In this document: one piece after another, positions 8,668-19,402 of the stretch | Layout of the letters: every line of letters begins with the position of its first letter | How positions within the stretch are numbered: position 1 is the stretch's first letter | Source of the DNA: a virus | Reading direction: 5' to 3' (one strand) | IMG/VR virus record: IMGVR_UViG_3300027793_000055 | Span: 64,001 to 128,000 of that record | DNA: 64,000 bases | The notes under the pieces: model-generated | Told to the model about the DNA's origin: nothing | The model's database searches: none | Seen by the model: only the letters and a program-made list of their open reading frames with translations | Made by a program: the position numbers and the translations under genes

Positions 8668-10008
8668 TCAGATTATATTCCAATTGTTACCGGTACCAGC
8701 AACAATTGTGATTGACTGATATGGACCATTAAGACCAAAGCTAGCTTCACCATCAATAGTACCAGAAACGATATTGACACTATTTTCTGTACCATCACTC
8801 TTTTTGAGTATTAGTACACGGCCGGCTTGTGGCGTACTTGGTATTGCAACGTTAAAAGTGCCAGCTGTAGCATTAGCAAGAATAACATTATCACTAGCTA
8901 CAACAGTATAAGCACCGGTTACTTCTGTTACACCAAATCTTACACTACCACTTAAGAAAGAACCAACACTAGAAGTGATTGTATCTACTGTTATATTGGC
9001 AGCCAAATCAAGAGAAGCGGTTGGACCTGATCCGTTAGTTACTATAATATTTGGATCACTGCTTGATACCTGCGAGACACCTAAACTACCAGTTACAGCA
9101 ATCGTAATTGAACCAGAACCTTTTGTAATTCCGATATTTGAACCAGCAACCAAATCACCAAGTTGTAATGTACTACCGGATCCGATTAATAGTTGACCGC
9201 TAGTAACACCGCTAGCATTAATTCCTGTACCACCATTTGCTAATGGTACAATACCAGTTAAATTAGCTGCTGGCAGATTTGTTAAGCCAGCACCAGAGCC
9301 AGTAAACGATGAAGCACTTACTGAGCCGGTAACATCCAAATTACCTGATATAACTGTACTACCAGATACTTTTAGACCCGGATAGATAAGAATCTTATCT
9401 TCTGGTAAGCCCGTATATCTTACATATGCTGCGTCTGGATTTGATGAAAGACTTGCTGTTCCATAAATAAGGACATTGCCACTAAATTCTGCAGCACTTG
9501 CACTTAATACGGCAAATGAACCGGTTGATGAAGAGAGGTTTGTAAGACCGGTTAATGTTGTTAAATCACTAGTAATTGAACTTGATAGTCTTACTGTTAC
9601 GGCACCATTTACATCTGGAGCACTAGCCGAGATATTTGGACCTGCAACAACTGATTTGACTAAACCAGTTAGACCAGCAGCGGAACCACTAAAGCCTACT
9701 GAACTACTGACTAGTCCAAATATATTAACAGAACCAGAGAAGGTATGCGAATCATTTAGATTATCACCAAATTGTGTTGAACCACTAGTGAAAACAGTTG
9801 ATGCTGATGTAATTGTATTTACAACTAAATTGGCAGCAGTTAATGTGCCACCAACTGTTACATTACCATTTGTGAATACTGAACCAGTTACAATTACTTG
9901 TGATGAACTAACACTTAAGCTAGCACCACTACCCGTCAATTGTACAGCGGTACCACTTACTTGTACTTGGTTTCCCGCTAATACTTTAACATTTGCTACA
10001 TTAGCCAT
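8668..10008 (-). CDS. Tail/head fibre protein, S/G/T-rich
   Basis: ~12 [ST]GS motifs, LANGGTG fibre motif; C-terminal domain (LNGPYQSIT) shared with 10028..10528. Confidence 0.7.
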   Translation of the reverse strand: MANVANVKVLAGNQVQVSGTAVQLTGSGASLSVSSSQVIVTGSVFTNGNVTVGGTLTAANLVVNTITSASTVFTSGSTQFGDNLNDSHTFSGSVNIFGLVSSSVGFSGSAAGLTGLVKSVVAGPNISASAPDVNGAVTVRLSSSITSDLTTLTGLTNLSSSTGSFAVLSASAAEFSGNVLIYGTASLSSNPDAAYVRYTGLPEDKILIYPGLKVSGSTVISGNLDVTGSVSASSFTGSGAGLTNLPAANLTGIVPLANGGTGINASGVTSGQLLIGSGSTLQLGDLVAGSNIGITKGSGSITIAVTGSLGVSQVSSSDPNIIVTNGSGPTASLDLAANITVDTITSSVGSFLSGSVRFGVTEVTGAYTVVASDNVILANATAGTFNVAIPSTPQAGRVLILKKSDGTENSVNIVSGTIDGEASFGLNGPYQSITIVAGTGNNWNII

Positions 10009-10027
10009 TTTATAAAACTCCTATAGT

Positions 10028-10528
10028 TTAGAATACATACCAATCTGTTCCATCGTGGACTAATGTAATTGATTGATAAGGTCCATTTAATTCAAATGAT
10101 GAAGCACCATTAACTAAATTTGGTGAACTTGGCAGTACAATTACAGAACCACTAACTGCATCGGCTTTAATAACATAGTATTCTCCGGAGTTAGCTATGG
10201 AAGCACTTGGTAAAGTAATAGAGATCGACGAACTATCACTATTTTTAGCGAATACTGCTCTTTCTGTCGTCAACAAAGATACAGAAGAACTAACAATTAA
10301 TTTTGTTAGATCTGAAGATGGTAAGCCTATATAATTTGAAGAAGAAATACTAGAAGCTGTTAATTGGGTTACAGTCAGTGTATCGAATATTGAACCGGTT
10401 ATATAATCTAGTATCTGTTCTGCTGTGGCTCTTTGAGTTGTCAAACTACCGCTATCGACAATCGGAAACAGATCATCAGAGGTTACTTGAGATGCTGCAG
10501 GTAGTTGAGATATTTTGACATTTGCCAT
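10028..10528 (-). CDS. Short fibre/adaptor protein
   Basis: MANVKISQLP...DDLFPIV..G..T.RAT N-terminal fibre-attachment motif; C-terminus LNGPYQSITLV...W as in 8668..10008. Confidence 0.6.
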   Translation of the reverse strand: MANVKISQLPAASQVTSDDLFPIVDSGSLTTQRATAEQILDYITGSIFDTLTVTQLTASSISSSNYIGLPSSDLTKLIVSSSVSLLTTERAVFAKNSDSSSISITLPSASIANSGEYYVIKADAVSGSVIVLPSSPNLVNGASSFELNGPYQSITLVHDGTDWYVF

Positions 10529-10591
10529 TATTTTTCCTCTTTTATATATAGTTTATAAATACCTTTCGGTAATAAATATATATCTCCACTA

Positions 10592-10858
10592 TCAAGGTGG
10601 TGGTGCTGTACTTGTACAACTCTCAATAATAAGGGCATCATTATTCTCAGCTAATAAAACGTCTGAATTTTCAGCTAAAATAAAACAGCTTTCCTCAATT
10701 ACAGTTTGCTGCGGTACTCTTAAGAAATCAAACAGTGCTGCATTTCCATCAGTATCTGTAGAATTATATGATATAGAGCCAGAATTAACAAAAAATCTTA
10801 CTTTTGGGTAAGCTTTTATTTTATTATATATTATGTCTCCGTCATTAAACTTTTTCAT
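10592..10858 (-). CDS. Hypothetical virion protein
   Basis: 88-aa ORF with upstream ATATTTA motif; C-terminal ILAENSDVLLAENNDALIIE repeat. Confidence 0.5.
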   Translation of the reverse strand: MKKFNDGDIIYNKIKAYPKVRFFVNSGSISYNSTDTDGNAALFDFLRVPQQTVIEESCFILAENSDVLLAENNDALIIESCTSTAPPP

Positions 10859-10886
10859 TAATTACATCACCATTATTTAAATATCT

Positions 10887-11864
10887 CTACATATTTAATT
10901 TCAGCTTAAATGCTATGCTATCTATTTCTCTCTTTCTTACCGGAGTAGCTAATTTGGCTATACCTATTAGCTGTCCCATCTCATCATAGATTCCTATTTT
11001 TGAAATAAATGTTGTTTTTTCAAAAGGCGGTTCAATTTCATTATAATTTACTTGTACAATATTTTTGATAGAATTATCTGAGTTTTCCAGAAATTGTGTA
11101 GAGCCAGTTACTTTTAAATATTGTTGTCCATACTCAACATATGTTGGATTATTTGAATGGTTAAACTCGCCTTTTTCAGCATGCGCAAACATAGTTATTG
11201 TTGGTATTTCTTCAATACCATCAAAAGAAAAATCAAAAGAAGAAGAAGGTACAATGTTATCACCTTCTGAACCGGTTGTCAGAAAATAGAACCATTTTGG
11301 AGCATAGGTTGTTACTGGTTCGAATATATTAAAATTATCGACATATGAATTATCTAATTCCCAAGAACCGGTTAATAATGCAAAACCTTCTGAATATAAT
11401 ACAACACCGGCAACACTTCCAGTATTTGGACCATAAACTTCTACTAATTCACCATTTCTTTTTATATCTTGTAGTTCTGCTATAAGAGTACCGGTAACAT
11501 ACCACTTGCAGCTTATTGAACCTTTTTTAATGCTCTTGCCATAAAAAATAGATGGTATACTGATTAATCTACATTCTTGTGTTCTTTTATTACCAAGAGG
11601 ACTATTAAAAGCATAATGTGGGCTTAGGTATTTATAATAATCAAATGTATTTTTTAAAGCCAACAGATGACTTTTCGGATAGCTAGATACCGGCTCACCA
11701 GATAAAAAATGTTCCGAACTTAATGTAGCAGTTAGTTGATAATTCGAACCGGTGATTATATCACCGTATTGAAAATCAGTATTATAACTATCTGTATCTG
11801 TTGTTTTAAAGGAAGAGAGGCTTCCTTCTTTTGTTATGAAAGGATAAACACTTGAAGTTAACAT
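10887..11864 (-). CDS. Baseplate/tail-collar protein (DUF3751-like C-terminus)
   Basis: TFISKIGIYDEMGQLIGIAKLATPVRK; HAEKGEFNHSNNPTY shared with 11976..12998. Confidence 0.6.
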   Translation of the reverse strand: MLTSSVYPFITKEGSLSSFKTTDTDSYNTDFQYGDIITGSNYQLTATLSSEHFLSGEPVSSYPKSHLLALKNTFDYYKYLSPHYAFNSPLGNKRTQECRLISIPSIFYGKSIKKGSISCKWYVTGTLIAELQDIKRNGELVEVYGPNTGSVAGVVLYSEGFALLTGSWELDNSYVDNFNIFEPVTTYAPKWFYFLTTGSEGDNIVPSSSFDFSFDGIEEIPTITMFAHAEKGEFNHSNNPTYVEYGQQYLKVTGSTQFLENSDNSIKNIVQVNYNEIEPPFEKTTFISKIGIYDEMGQLIGIAKLATPVRKREIDSIAFKLKLNM

Positions 11865-11913
11865 ATTGATTCTTTAACTAGTCTAAAACAAGCGTTTCTT
11901 CAAAATTGTTAAT

Positions 11914-11943
11914 ATAATAAAACAAGCCTCGAAAGGCTTGTTT
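11914..11943 (-). terminator. Rho-independent terminator
   Basis: Minus strand AAACAAGCCT-TTCG-AGGCTTGTTT (10-bp stem, UUCG loop) then TATTAT, 33 nt after the stop of 11976..12998. Confidence 0.8.
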
Positions 11944-11975
11944 ATTATTAGATAAATTCTTCCTATATACAAAAA

Positions 11976-12998
11976 TCAGAAATCTAAACGGCATCTAATA
12001 ATCATCTCATTACTAGAATCTTTCTTTAATGGTTCACTTAATTTAGCTACAGCTAATAACTCATTTGCTGAACTATAAAGACCAACAGTTGTGATATAAC
12101 TTACAGGAGCATCAGTTGAGGTTTCTTTAACTCTTATCTGACTCTCTGATAAGTAAGTTGGATTTGAACTGTAGTTAAATTCGTTATGATTTACACGACA
12201 GAAATAGATTGTTGAATTTAATTCTGTTGTATTATTAAACTGACAGCTGTGCCAGCGTCTTCTTAGTGAATCACATACATCTGGAATAGATGATGTTTGC
12301 ATGGTAGCTGCAGCATTATTAGAACCACTAAAAGTTGTGAATACTGATGCTGTTAATACTGCAACGCCGGCTTGATAAAATATTAATCCAGCTTTTGTAG
12401 AACCACCATTTGTATAAAGTATGCCATATTCACCAGCTGGTGAATTTACACGATAATCATTCTGAGCGCCATCATCAGCAATTGAAGATGTTGTAGAGAA
12501 TCTTGAAGCAGCATTTGTATCTGCTCCAGTACCTAATTTAATCTGAAATGAACCTTTTTTAACTTCATCTTTTGTAAGAAGTCTTGAAAAGTTAATAAAA
12601 ACAACTTCTCTCATTTTATCTGTAGCTGTATTTATTAAATTGCCATCTTCATCAAAACGTAAAATCGAGCCAGTTAAATCATGACCAACCAACACTTGAG
12701 CCATTTGATTATATGTTTGAGTCTTTTTTGATAGATCTGTTACACCGCTTGCACTTAAAGAGGAGTCTGGTGCTAAACCAACACTTAAGTCAAAAATGTG
12801 ATTAGCAGAAGAACTTAGTACAGGATAATCATACACACTTTGAAATCTACCGTGTGAATAGTTTTTGATATTCTTTTCAACGCCAGATTCAACATATGTG
12901 CCAGAAACAATCGTACCTGTTATTGGTATTGCCTCATGAAGTAGAGTCCTTGTAGAAACAACATCATCATTTGTTAAATTTTTATATATTGTAGCCAT
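11976..12998 (-). CDS. Baseplate/tail-collar protein (DUF3751-like C-terminus), paralog of 10887..11864
   Basis: RVNHNEFNYSSNPTY and YITTVGLYSSANELLAVAKLSEPLKK. Confidence 0.6.
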   Translation of the reverse strand: MATIYKNLTNDDVVSTRTLLHEAIPITGTIVSGTYVESGVEKNIKNYSHGRFQSVYDYPVLSSSANHIFDLSVGLAPDSSLSASGVTDLSKKTQTYNQMAQVLVGHDLTGSILRFDEDGNLINTATDKMREVVFINFSRLLTKDEVKKGSFQIKLGTGADTNAASRFSTTSSIADDGAQNDYRVNSPAGEYGILYTNGGSTKAGLIFYQAGVAVLTASVFTTFSGSNNAAATMQTSSIPDVCDSLRRRWHSCQFNNTTELNSTIYFCRVNHNEFNYSSNPTYLSESQIRVKETSTDAPVSYITTVGLYSSANELLAVAKLSEPLKKDSSNEMIIRCRLDF

Positions 12999-13013
12999 TA
13001 TTCTTCCTCTTTA

Positions 13014-13913
13014 TCAGATTTTTTTGATATATCTAACTGGTATATCTAATTTATAACCAGTTGTAGCACCGACTACTCTTATGTTGGTATCAATTATATT
13101 ATAGCTACCAGAGACAGTGCCGATCTCTTCAAATAAGAAGGTACTTGTTTGTAGTTCTAGTGTAGCAGCTAATTTTAGTTTTAGACTTGTTCCTCTTGGA
13201 CCACGAATTGGAGTTGCAACACCGGCATCATTTGGTTGTGCTGTTGGTAATTGTTCGATTTCATTTGGATTTTTTTGGATTGATAGCAGGTAAGTCGCTA
13301 TTTGATCATCATCTATATAGGAACGATTCATCTCTGCACCGGACTGATCAAACAAAGAGCCTAATCGATTATCCATCTCGACCATATAAATAGTTTCAAC
13401 CAAATCTGGAGGGAGTGGCTGTGTAGCAGAAATCTTTGGTGTATCTAATCCTTGATCAACAACAATAAGGTTCTGCTTTGTTGATTGTTTCTCATTAGTA
13501 AAAAATATACCAGGATCTTTAGCAAGTGCAGCAAAATCTAATTCTGTTCTACTATCTACCGCAACAGCAAAATATCCTTGACCGTTAAAACTTTTTGTAT
13601 TTGAACCCAATTCATTTAGTTTTATAACCGGTAAAAACAGCAAATCAGTTTGATTTATGCTTATCAGGTGCGATTTAAGTGCAGAGGCATTATCAGTAAA
13701 AGCCTCTAGAATAGGAGTTTGCAAAATATCTAAATCATAATATGCACTACCACTTGGATTATTTTTATCATATAAAGAATAATCTATTTCATCATCACCT
13801 AAAGCAAATTTAGTAATTTTAAAACTACCATCACCTTTTGCAAGTCTGTAACGTCCTGTATCAGTAAGGACTGCATCTAATATTATATCGCCTGAATTAT
13901 CAAGAAAAGCCAT
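13014..13913 (-). CDS. Baseplate/tail-collar protein
   Basis: DAVLTDTGRYRLAKG..FKITKFALGDDEIDY resembles the tail-collar N-terminal motif LT..G...LA.....I..FA.GD. Confidence 0.55.
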   Translation of the reverse strand: MAFLDNSGDIILDAVLTDTGRYRLAKGDGSFKITKFALGDDEIDYSLYDKNNPSGSAYYDLDILQTPILEAFTDNASALKSHLISINQTDLLFLPVIKLNELGSNTKSFNGQGYFAVAVDSRTELDFAALAKDPGIFFTNEKQSTKQNLIVVDQGLDTPKISATQPLPPDLVETIYMVEMDNRLGSLFDQSGAEMNRSYIDDDQIATYLLSIQKNPNEIEQLPTAQPNDAGVATPIRGPRGTSLKLKLAATLELQTSTFLFEEIGTVSGSYNIIDTNIRVVGATTGYKLDIPVRYIKKI

Positions 13914-13960
13914 CTGTTTTGCTCCTATAATCTTTTATAAGTATATTGCTTGTTTTATTT

Positions 13961-16228
13961 TTACTTGCAAATAGCAGGATTTGGTAAAGTTTTATGTTTA
14001 AATTTAAAATCAATTTCTATGATTTTGCCAGTTGTTTTTGATCTAATTTTTAATCTATAGTTTTTATTCCAAACTTTCTCTTCTGTTAATCCTAAAACCA
14101 CATCTTCTTTAACTAATTCTGCTGATTCTTTTATTGAACCGTCTTCATTGTAGTATCTACTTTCCTGTTCATTAACAATTGTTTGTAGTGCGTTTGGAAT
14201 TATATGTAAAAACCGTTTTACAGACTTAAACGGAGTCTTGTCATCTGATTTTTTTAAATCAACAGTCTTTATAAGTGGATAGATTGTTCCTTCCTGGTTT
14301 GTTACTACTACTTCATAAATTGGTGATGGATTAGAAATATTACCATGAATATCTACTGTTCTAAACATATAATAATAATTTGTATTTGGTTCTATGTGAT
14401 CCAAATAGGTTGAGTGATTTGTTTTTAGAGTTGAACATATTTCTCTGCTTATATTATCTGTTACATTTTGTACTGTTGTTGAAGCTGTTACAAAAGTATC
14501 CCTAAACTGAATATATGAGGTTGGATGAAAATCCAGTCTAAATATTTGAAAATATAATGGCCTATCATCGCCATCGAACATCAGCTGATCCTGTATGGAA
14601 GTCAACTTTTGACTTAGTATATTATTTTCAAATATTGCCCTATCTTGCGGTTGTATCAACACAGGTACAGCTCTAAATTCACTTATTGAAGAATTAAGTT
14701 GAATAAATATTTTATTATCTATACCAATCAATCCATCTATTTGTACTTCTGGAGGTGGTGGTGGATGGTCAAAAACAGCCATATTATCAGAAACGCTTTG
14801 TTTCTTAAAAAATACAGGATAGTAGTTAAAAGCTTCGAAGCCTAAATTAAGCATAGCCTGAACTAAAGTAGATAGAAATTCGTTATCAACAATTGTATCT
14901 GAAGTTTCGGTAGAAATGTCTATTATTTGTTTGCCATATTTTGGGTTGAGTTTGACCATTTCTTGAAAAATTAAAAACCATTGTTCATTTGTCAAAGAAT
15001 TTATCAAGGCAGTATTTAAATTCTGTTCTAGTGAAAAATAAAAATCATTAAATGAATAAATATAATTTTTACCAAACTTAACTTGCGTATCATATAAAGT
15101 ATATTCACTTCTTTCGCTTATGTTTGGTAAATAAAAAGATTGTACTAATCCTTCTTGTGAATCTTTATTTATCTCTGTCATAAACATTTCTGTATAAAAT
15201 GACTGCCCTCCAAAAAATTGTTCTGGTGTTAATTTAGCATTTTCAACTACTTGAGACAGTCTAGCCATCAAAATGGCCATTTTAATTGAACGAGATATGG
15301 AAGAAGATTGATTTTTAGCTATTGCAGCTGCTGCTCTTGAAAGATTATTATTTGTCTGCTGCGATTGTGGAGGTATTTCTCCCAAACGAAAAATGGAATT
15401 AATATCATAATTTCTGATTAATTGGTTTATCTGTGTTTGAAATTGTGCATAATTGTCAAACTTTTTTCCTAAAACAGTTTCTGTGTTGGTCTGAGTTCCT
15501 ATAGAAACTGTTCCTTCTTGTTCAGAAATAATATCGGATGTAATTTTTAGCTCTATGTCCTCAAAATAGTTTTTACTATAAGCAACAAACTCGCTACAAA
15601 AATCATCAGTAAAATCTGTACCTTCTAGTATAGCTGCAAATGAACCAATAGCAGGTTTTTGAAAATCTAGTTTTATACTAAATGGCAATGTATTACTATT
15701 TTTATTTACATCATCAATTCTTACTAATAATTTTTTACTAATATATATTTCCTGTTGTAAAGTAGCTATATCAGAAAATTCTGTGGTACCATTATTTAAT
15801 GATTTGGCATACTTTTCGGCATAATTGTCAAAATATTCTAATAAATTTCCACTATTCGTAGCTTTAATTTGTATATTATCTTTTACTGTGATTATATCAT
15901 TATACAAAGCACTTTCATTGTTTAAATCATCACCATAAATATATAAATTAGGTAAACCAGATTCGGCAATCCTTATATTTTCTTTTGTTATATCTTCATA
16001 AAAATCTGTATAAAAATTATAATCACTATTAATATTATATGTTAGCTCTTCTATTTGTGTCGAAGATATTACATCTTCGTCTACTTTTATTGATACTTCT
16101 CGCGTATTAGAAGTGTCATAATTATTTAATATATCTGTAACAATATTTTTAAGAATAGCTATAGCTATTCTGCCAGAGTTATTTCCGACTGTCTCAATTG
16201 GATTACTAAAATCTATTATAATTCCCAT
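13961..16228 (-). CDS. Large virion protein with C-terminal FN3-like segment
   Basis: 755 aa, acidic; IEPNTNYYYMFRTVDIHGNISNPS is FN3-like; structural module context. Confidence 0.5.
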   Translation of the reverse strand: MGIIIDFSNPIETVGNNSGRIAIAILKNIVTDILNNYDTSNTREVSIKVDEDVISSTQIEELTYNINSDYNFYTDFYEDITKENIRIAESGLPNLYIYGDDLNNESALYNDIITVKDNIQIKATNSGNLLEYFDNYAEKYAKSLNNGTTEFSDIATLQQEIYISKKLLVRIDDVNKNSNTLPFSIKLDFQKPAIGSFAAILEGTDFTDDFCSEFVAYSKNYFEDIELKITSDIISEQEGTVSIGTQTNTETVLGKKFDNYAQFQTQINQLIRNYDINSIFRLGEIPPQSQQTNNNLSRAAAAIAKNQSSSISRSIKMAILMARLSQVVENAKLTPEQFFGGQSFYTEMFMTEINKDSQEGLVQSFYLPNISERSEYTLYDTQVKFGKNYIYSFNDFYFSLEQNLNTALINSLTNEQWFLIFQEMVKLNPKYGKQIIDISTETSDTIVDNEFLSTLVQAMLNLGFEAFNYYPVFFKKQSVSDNMAVFDHPPPPPEVQIDGLIGIDNKIFIQLNSSISEFRAVPVLIQPQDRAIFENNILSQKLTSIQDQLMFDGDDRPLYFQIFRLDFHPTSYIQFRDTFVTASTTVQNVTDNISREICSTLKTNHSTYLDHIEPNTNYYYMFRTVDIHGNISNPSPIYEVVVTNQEGTIYPLIKTVDLKKSDDKTPFKSVKRFLHIIPNALQTIVNEQESRYYNEDGSIKESAELVKEDVVLGLTEEKVWNKNYRLKIRSKTTGKIIEIDFKFKHKTLPNPAICK

Positions 16229-16233
16229 TTTGT

Positions 16234-19200
16234 TTACCCATTAAATTTATTATTACGCGAAAATAGAGCCAAACTACCAGCAACAGCTACAGTCTGATTT
16301 ACCATTATCGGCATACCAGTTGTTAATTGTGGTGGTAAAATAATTGGTGGGCGAGGAAGTTTTGGTACCAAATCACCCGGACTGATATTTGGAGGACGTA
16401 TGGTGATATTGTCATTATCTATTATTCTTGCCTCTGTTAAAGACAGACTTCTAAATACGCCACTTATCTGTATACCATGTGGAGCAAGAAAGCTATATTT
16501 TGTTGTTTCATATGAGTCATTTCTTAATACATTTCTACCATTTATTGAATAGCTTACTTCTGGTTCTTGTTCATTATTGAAATATTTTTGGATTTCAAAG
16601 TTACAACGATTTTCATATCTTTGTTTACTTATAGAAGTAATAGAATTGGGGCTTGGATTAATTTCAGTAGCACTTATTAAAAAACATTCATTAATAAAAG
16701 TATTTGTTAATGCTTGATTGTGTTTATAAGATATATCACTAAAATCATATGGCTGCATCTTGCAAAAAAGAAATTGACCTGTTGTTTCTGGTAACGATAA
16801 AATTATAGATCTATTAACATTTGCCCATCTTGGTTCTTGTACTTTAAATGTTTTTGTTTCTTGATCAAATTCAAAACCGGTTAGGCACATAACGGTATTA
16901 ATTAATTCATATTTAAGACGAACTTCTGCATCAGACAATGATATGCCTGTTTGTTCTGTCTTATTCTTAATTAAAGATTTAATATGATTTGGAATTACAG
17001 TTAGATTTCTTGTAGAAGTTTTAGTATTTTTAATCAAATTTATTACATCGGTACCACCTAATATTGTGGCTGAAGTGGGTGTAATTTTTTCAAAAATATT
17101 ATCATCGTTCGATGTATCAAATATAATTTCTAGCTGTTTTGGTGATTTATCTACTGTTGGTGAAATTAATGTAGAAAATAAAGTATTTAGTACTTTTTTG
17201 TCATTAATAGTAAAATTCCTACTTCTATCAGAAACAGCTTCTCTAAATGGATTTACTATTCTACTATCTACAGATGTTTGCAGTTCTCTTACGGCACCTA
17301 AATTAATATTTTGATTACTCAAAGGCTCTGAAAATATTTCTACTTCTAGATCTGCCAAATCTGTAAGAATTTTACCAAGTTTATTAAATACAACTTCGTT
17401 TTGTTCATTTAGATTTCTAGTAGATGTATTCTTGCTATTTATATCATATTTTTTAGAAATAAGATCTGTCTTTATAACATCGTACAGGAAAGAACCCTCT
17501 GAATTAATACCACTTGTGTCTCTTCTTGTATGATCTAGATATTCTAAAAGATATTCACTTTCAAAATTTATATTTGAACTAAAGTTCTTTTGTATTTTTA
17601 AAGTTTTAGCTGCAGCAGTTACTCTTTGTTGTGTAGCAAATGCATCACCCTTTTCATTTAAACTGTTATTAACTACTGATGTTGATTCGATTGAATCTTG
17701 CAAAGCCTTTATTACTATATCATATGTATCTAAAATATACGATATAGTTGTTGGAGTTCCTTGTATTGGATTGGCCCATTTAGTTAATATACTTGATAAT
17801 GGTTCTGGAGATATCGTTGTTTGATCGCTACTAGTAGCTGTTGTTAAATTAAATATTTTTTGTAAAGTTTGTAATAATGTCCTAAAACTCTGAGCAGTTG
17901 GTACCTGAACGTTATTGAACGCACCGTTTCTAAAACGATTTGTAGTTTCGTTAAAATTGCCCGGTAATATACTATTATTGTAATATTCTACTATTGCTGA
18001 TTTTTCAATTTCTAGATTTGTTTTTATATTTTTTATTGGAGTTACCAAATCTTCCTTGATCTCTAATTCCAATCTGTATTCATATGAACCTTGTTTAAGC
18101 TGTTCTGTGTGGAAGAGCGAAAGCATTATTAATTGTTCTATATTTTGGCCGGCTCTAATATTACCAGGTAAAAAAATGTTTTTTATAGCTGCCTCAATTT
18201 GTTGTCTTTCTAGAAGTTGACATACTATTTTTTCTGTTGTTTTATTTGGTGTAAGTGACTCATCAATATCAATTCTTTTTGCAAATAAAGTAACTGCTTC
18301 AATTGACATATATTTATAATATTGTTCAATTAGATCTGCAGATCTAGTATTTGCACTTTTTGATAATACCAACCCTATAATTGAGTTTTTTATAAACATC
18401 TTTTTAAGATCAATAAAGAAATTTATAGTTGCGTTACCTAAAGCATCAATTGATGTATGTGCCTCAGATATAAAAGAGTTATCGTAATCACTAAATTGAT
18501 TTCTAATAGCTGTTTCTACGTTATCTAATTCTTCAGAATCGGGTACAACAATTGTATTAAGAAAATTCTTGACCGCTCTTAGTTGTCTTAGATCTTGAAT
18601 CTTATAATTTTCTACTTCTCTAACAAAAAGATCAACAGAATTAGCTGTTTCTGTTTGTCCGGATCTGAAAACAGTCTGGCCATTACGATTAATTAAATGA
18701 ACCGGACCCGGCCATAATTGCTCTGCTTCGTCAACATAAACAGTTGATGTTTGTTCAACCAAACCATTACTGATAACAGATTCTACAAATATCTCTCCAA
18801 CCTGAATTGCAAATGCACCTTGTTGTTCTACTTGTCCTATCAAGGAACTTAAATCATATGTTGTGCCAACTAGAAAACTAAGATGCTCGGTATTTTCTTC
18901 TGCAATCCTTTCAAAATCAATATCGATATAAATATTGTAAATATTATTACCATTATTATCTACTATTCTTTCTGCTTTACCATTTTTAACCAGTTCTTGT
19001 AGTTTATTTTTTGCACCGGGACCAGCTAAATCGAACAGATTTATTTCTTTATATTCTATCTCTGAAAAATTAGAGATAATATTTTCATTTCGCAAAATAC
19101 GTTTATATTGAGAAAATTGATCTGCATTACTAAAAAATCCCCGCTCTTTGGTACTATCAAAGGCCAATTTTAATCTCTCTGTTGCTTTTGGATTTGTACT

Positions 19201-19401
19201 TTGAATTACAAATATTTTTAAATATTGTAAAGCAGTACTGTCTTCTAACCATGAAGATACATCATCATTAGAGAATGATTGTCTGAATAATAACTGTATA
19301 TTCGCTAGTAATTTATCTTCTTCTGTTGATTGTAAAATAATTCTAGAAATATTAACATTTGGCAAAAGACTGCCGGCTATATCTTCATTAGTTACAATCA
19401 T
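16234..19401 (-). CDS. Large hypothetical virion (baseplate-region) protein
   Basis: Long ORF; start moved to ATG at 19401 (GGAG RBS, abuts the upstream stop). Confidence 0.55.
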   Translation of the reverse strand: MIVTNEDIAGSLLPNVNISRIILQSTEEDKLLANIQLLFRQSFSNDDVSSWLEDSTALQYLKIFVIQSTNPKATERLKLAFDSTKERGFFSNADQFSQYKRILRNENIISNFSEIEYKEINLFDLAGPGAKNKLQELVKNGKAERIVDNNGNNIYNIYIDIDFERIAEENTEHLSFLVGTTYDLSSLIGQVEQQGAFAIQVGEIFVESVISNGLVEQTSTVYVDEAEQLWPGPVHLINRNGQTVFRSGQTETANSVDLFVREVENYKIQDLRQLRAVKNFLNTIVVPDSEELDNVETAIRNQFSDYDNSFISEAHTSIDALGNATINFFIDLKKMFIKNSIIGLVLSKSANTRSADLIEQYYKYMSIEAVTLFAKRIDIDESLTPNKTTEKIVCQLLERQQIEAAIKNIFLPGNIRAGQNIEQLIMLSLFHTEQLKQGSYEYRLELEIKEDLVTPIKNIKTNLEIEKSAIVEYYNNSILPGNFNETTNRFRNGAFNNVQVPTAQSFRTLLQTLQKIFNLTTATSSDQTTISPEPLSSILTKWANPIQGTPTTISYILDTYDIVIKALQDSIESTSVVNNSLNEKGDAFATQQRVTAAAKTLKIQKNFSSNINFESEYLLEYLDHTRRDTSGINSEGSFLYDVIKTDLISKKYDINSKNTSTRNLNEQNEVVFNKLGKILTDLADLEVEIFSEPLSNQNINLGAVRELQTSVDSRIVNPFREAVSDRSRNFTINDKKVLNTLFSTLISPTVDKSPKQLEIIFDTSNDDNIFEKITPTSATILGGTDVINLIKNTKTSTRNLTVIPNHIKSLIKNKTEQTGISLSDAEVRLKYELINTVMCLTGFEFDQETKTFKVQEPRWANVNRSIILSLPETTGQFLFCKMQPYDFSDISYKHNQALTNTFINECFLISATEINPSPNSITSISKQRYENRCNFEIQKYFNNEQEPEVSYSINGRNVLRNDSYETTKYSFLAPHGIQISGVFRSLSLTEARIIDNDNITIRPPNISPGDLVPKLPRPPIILPPQLTTGMPIMVNQTVAVAGSLALFSRNNKFNG

Positions 19402-19402
19402 A

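Noticed and set aside
3540-10811. Many long plus-strand ORFs (e.g. 4146..4454, 4561..4914, 9476..10015, 37569..38099 type)
   Set aside because: Antisense shadows of S/G/T-rich genes; P/V/L-biased composition, no RBS or motifs.
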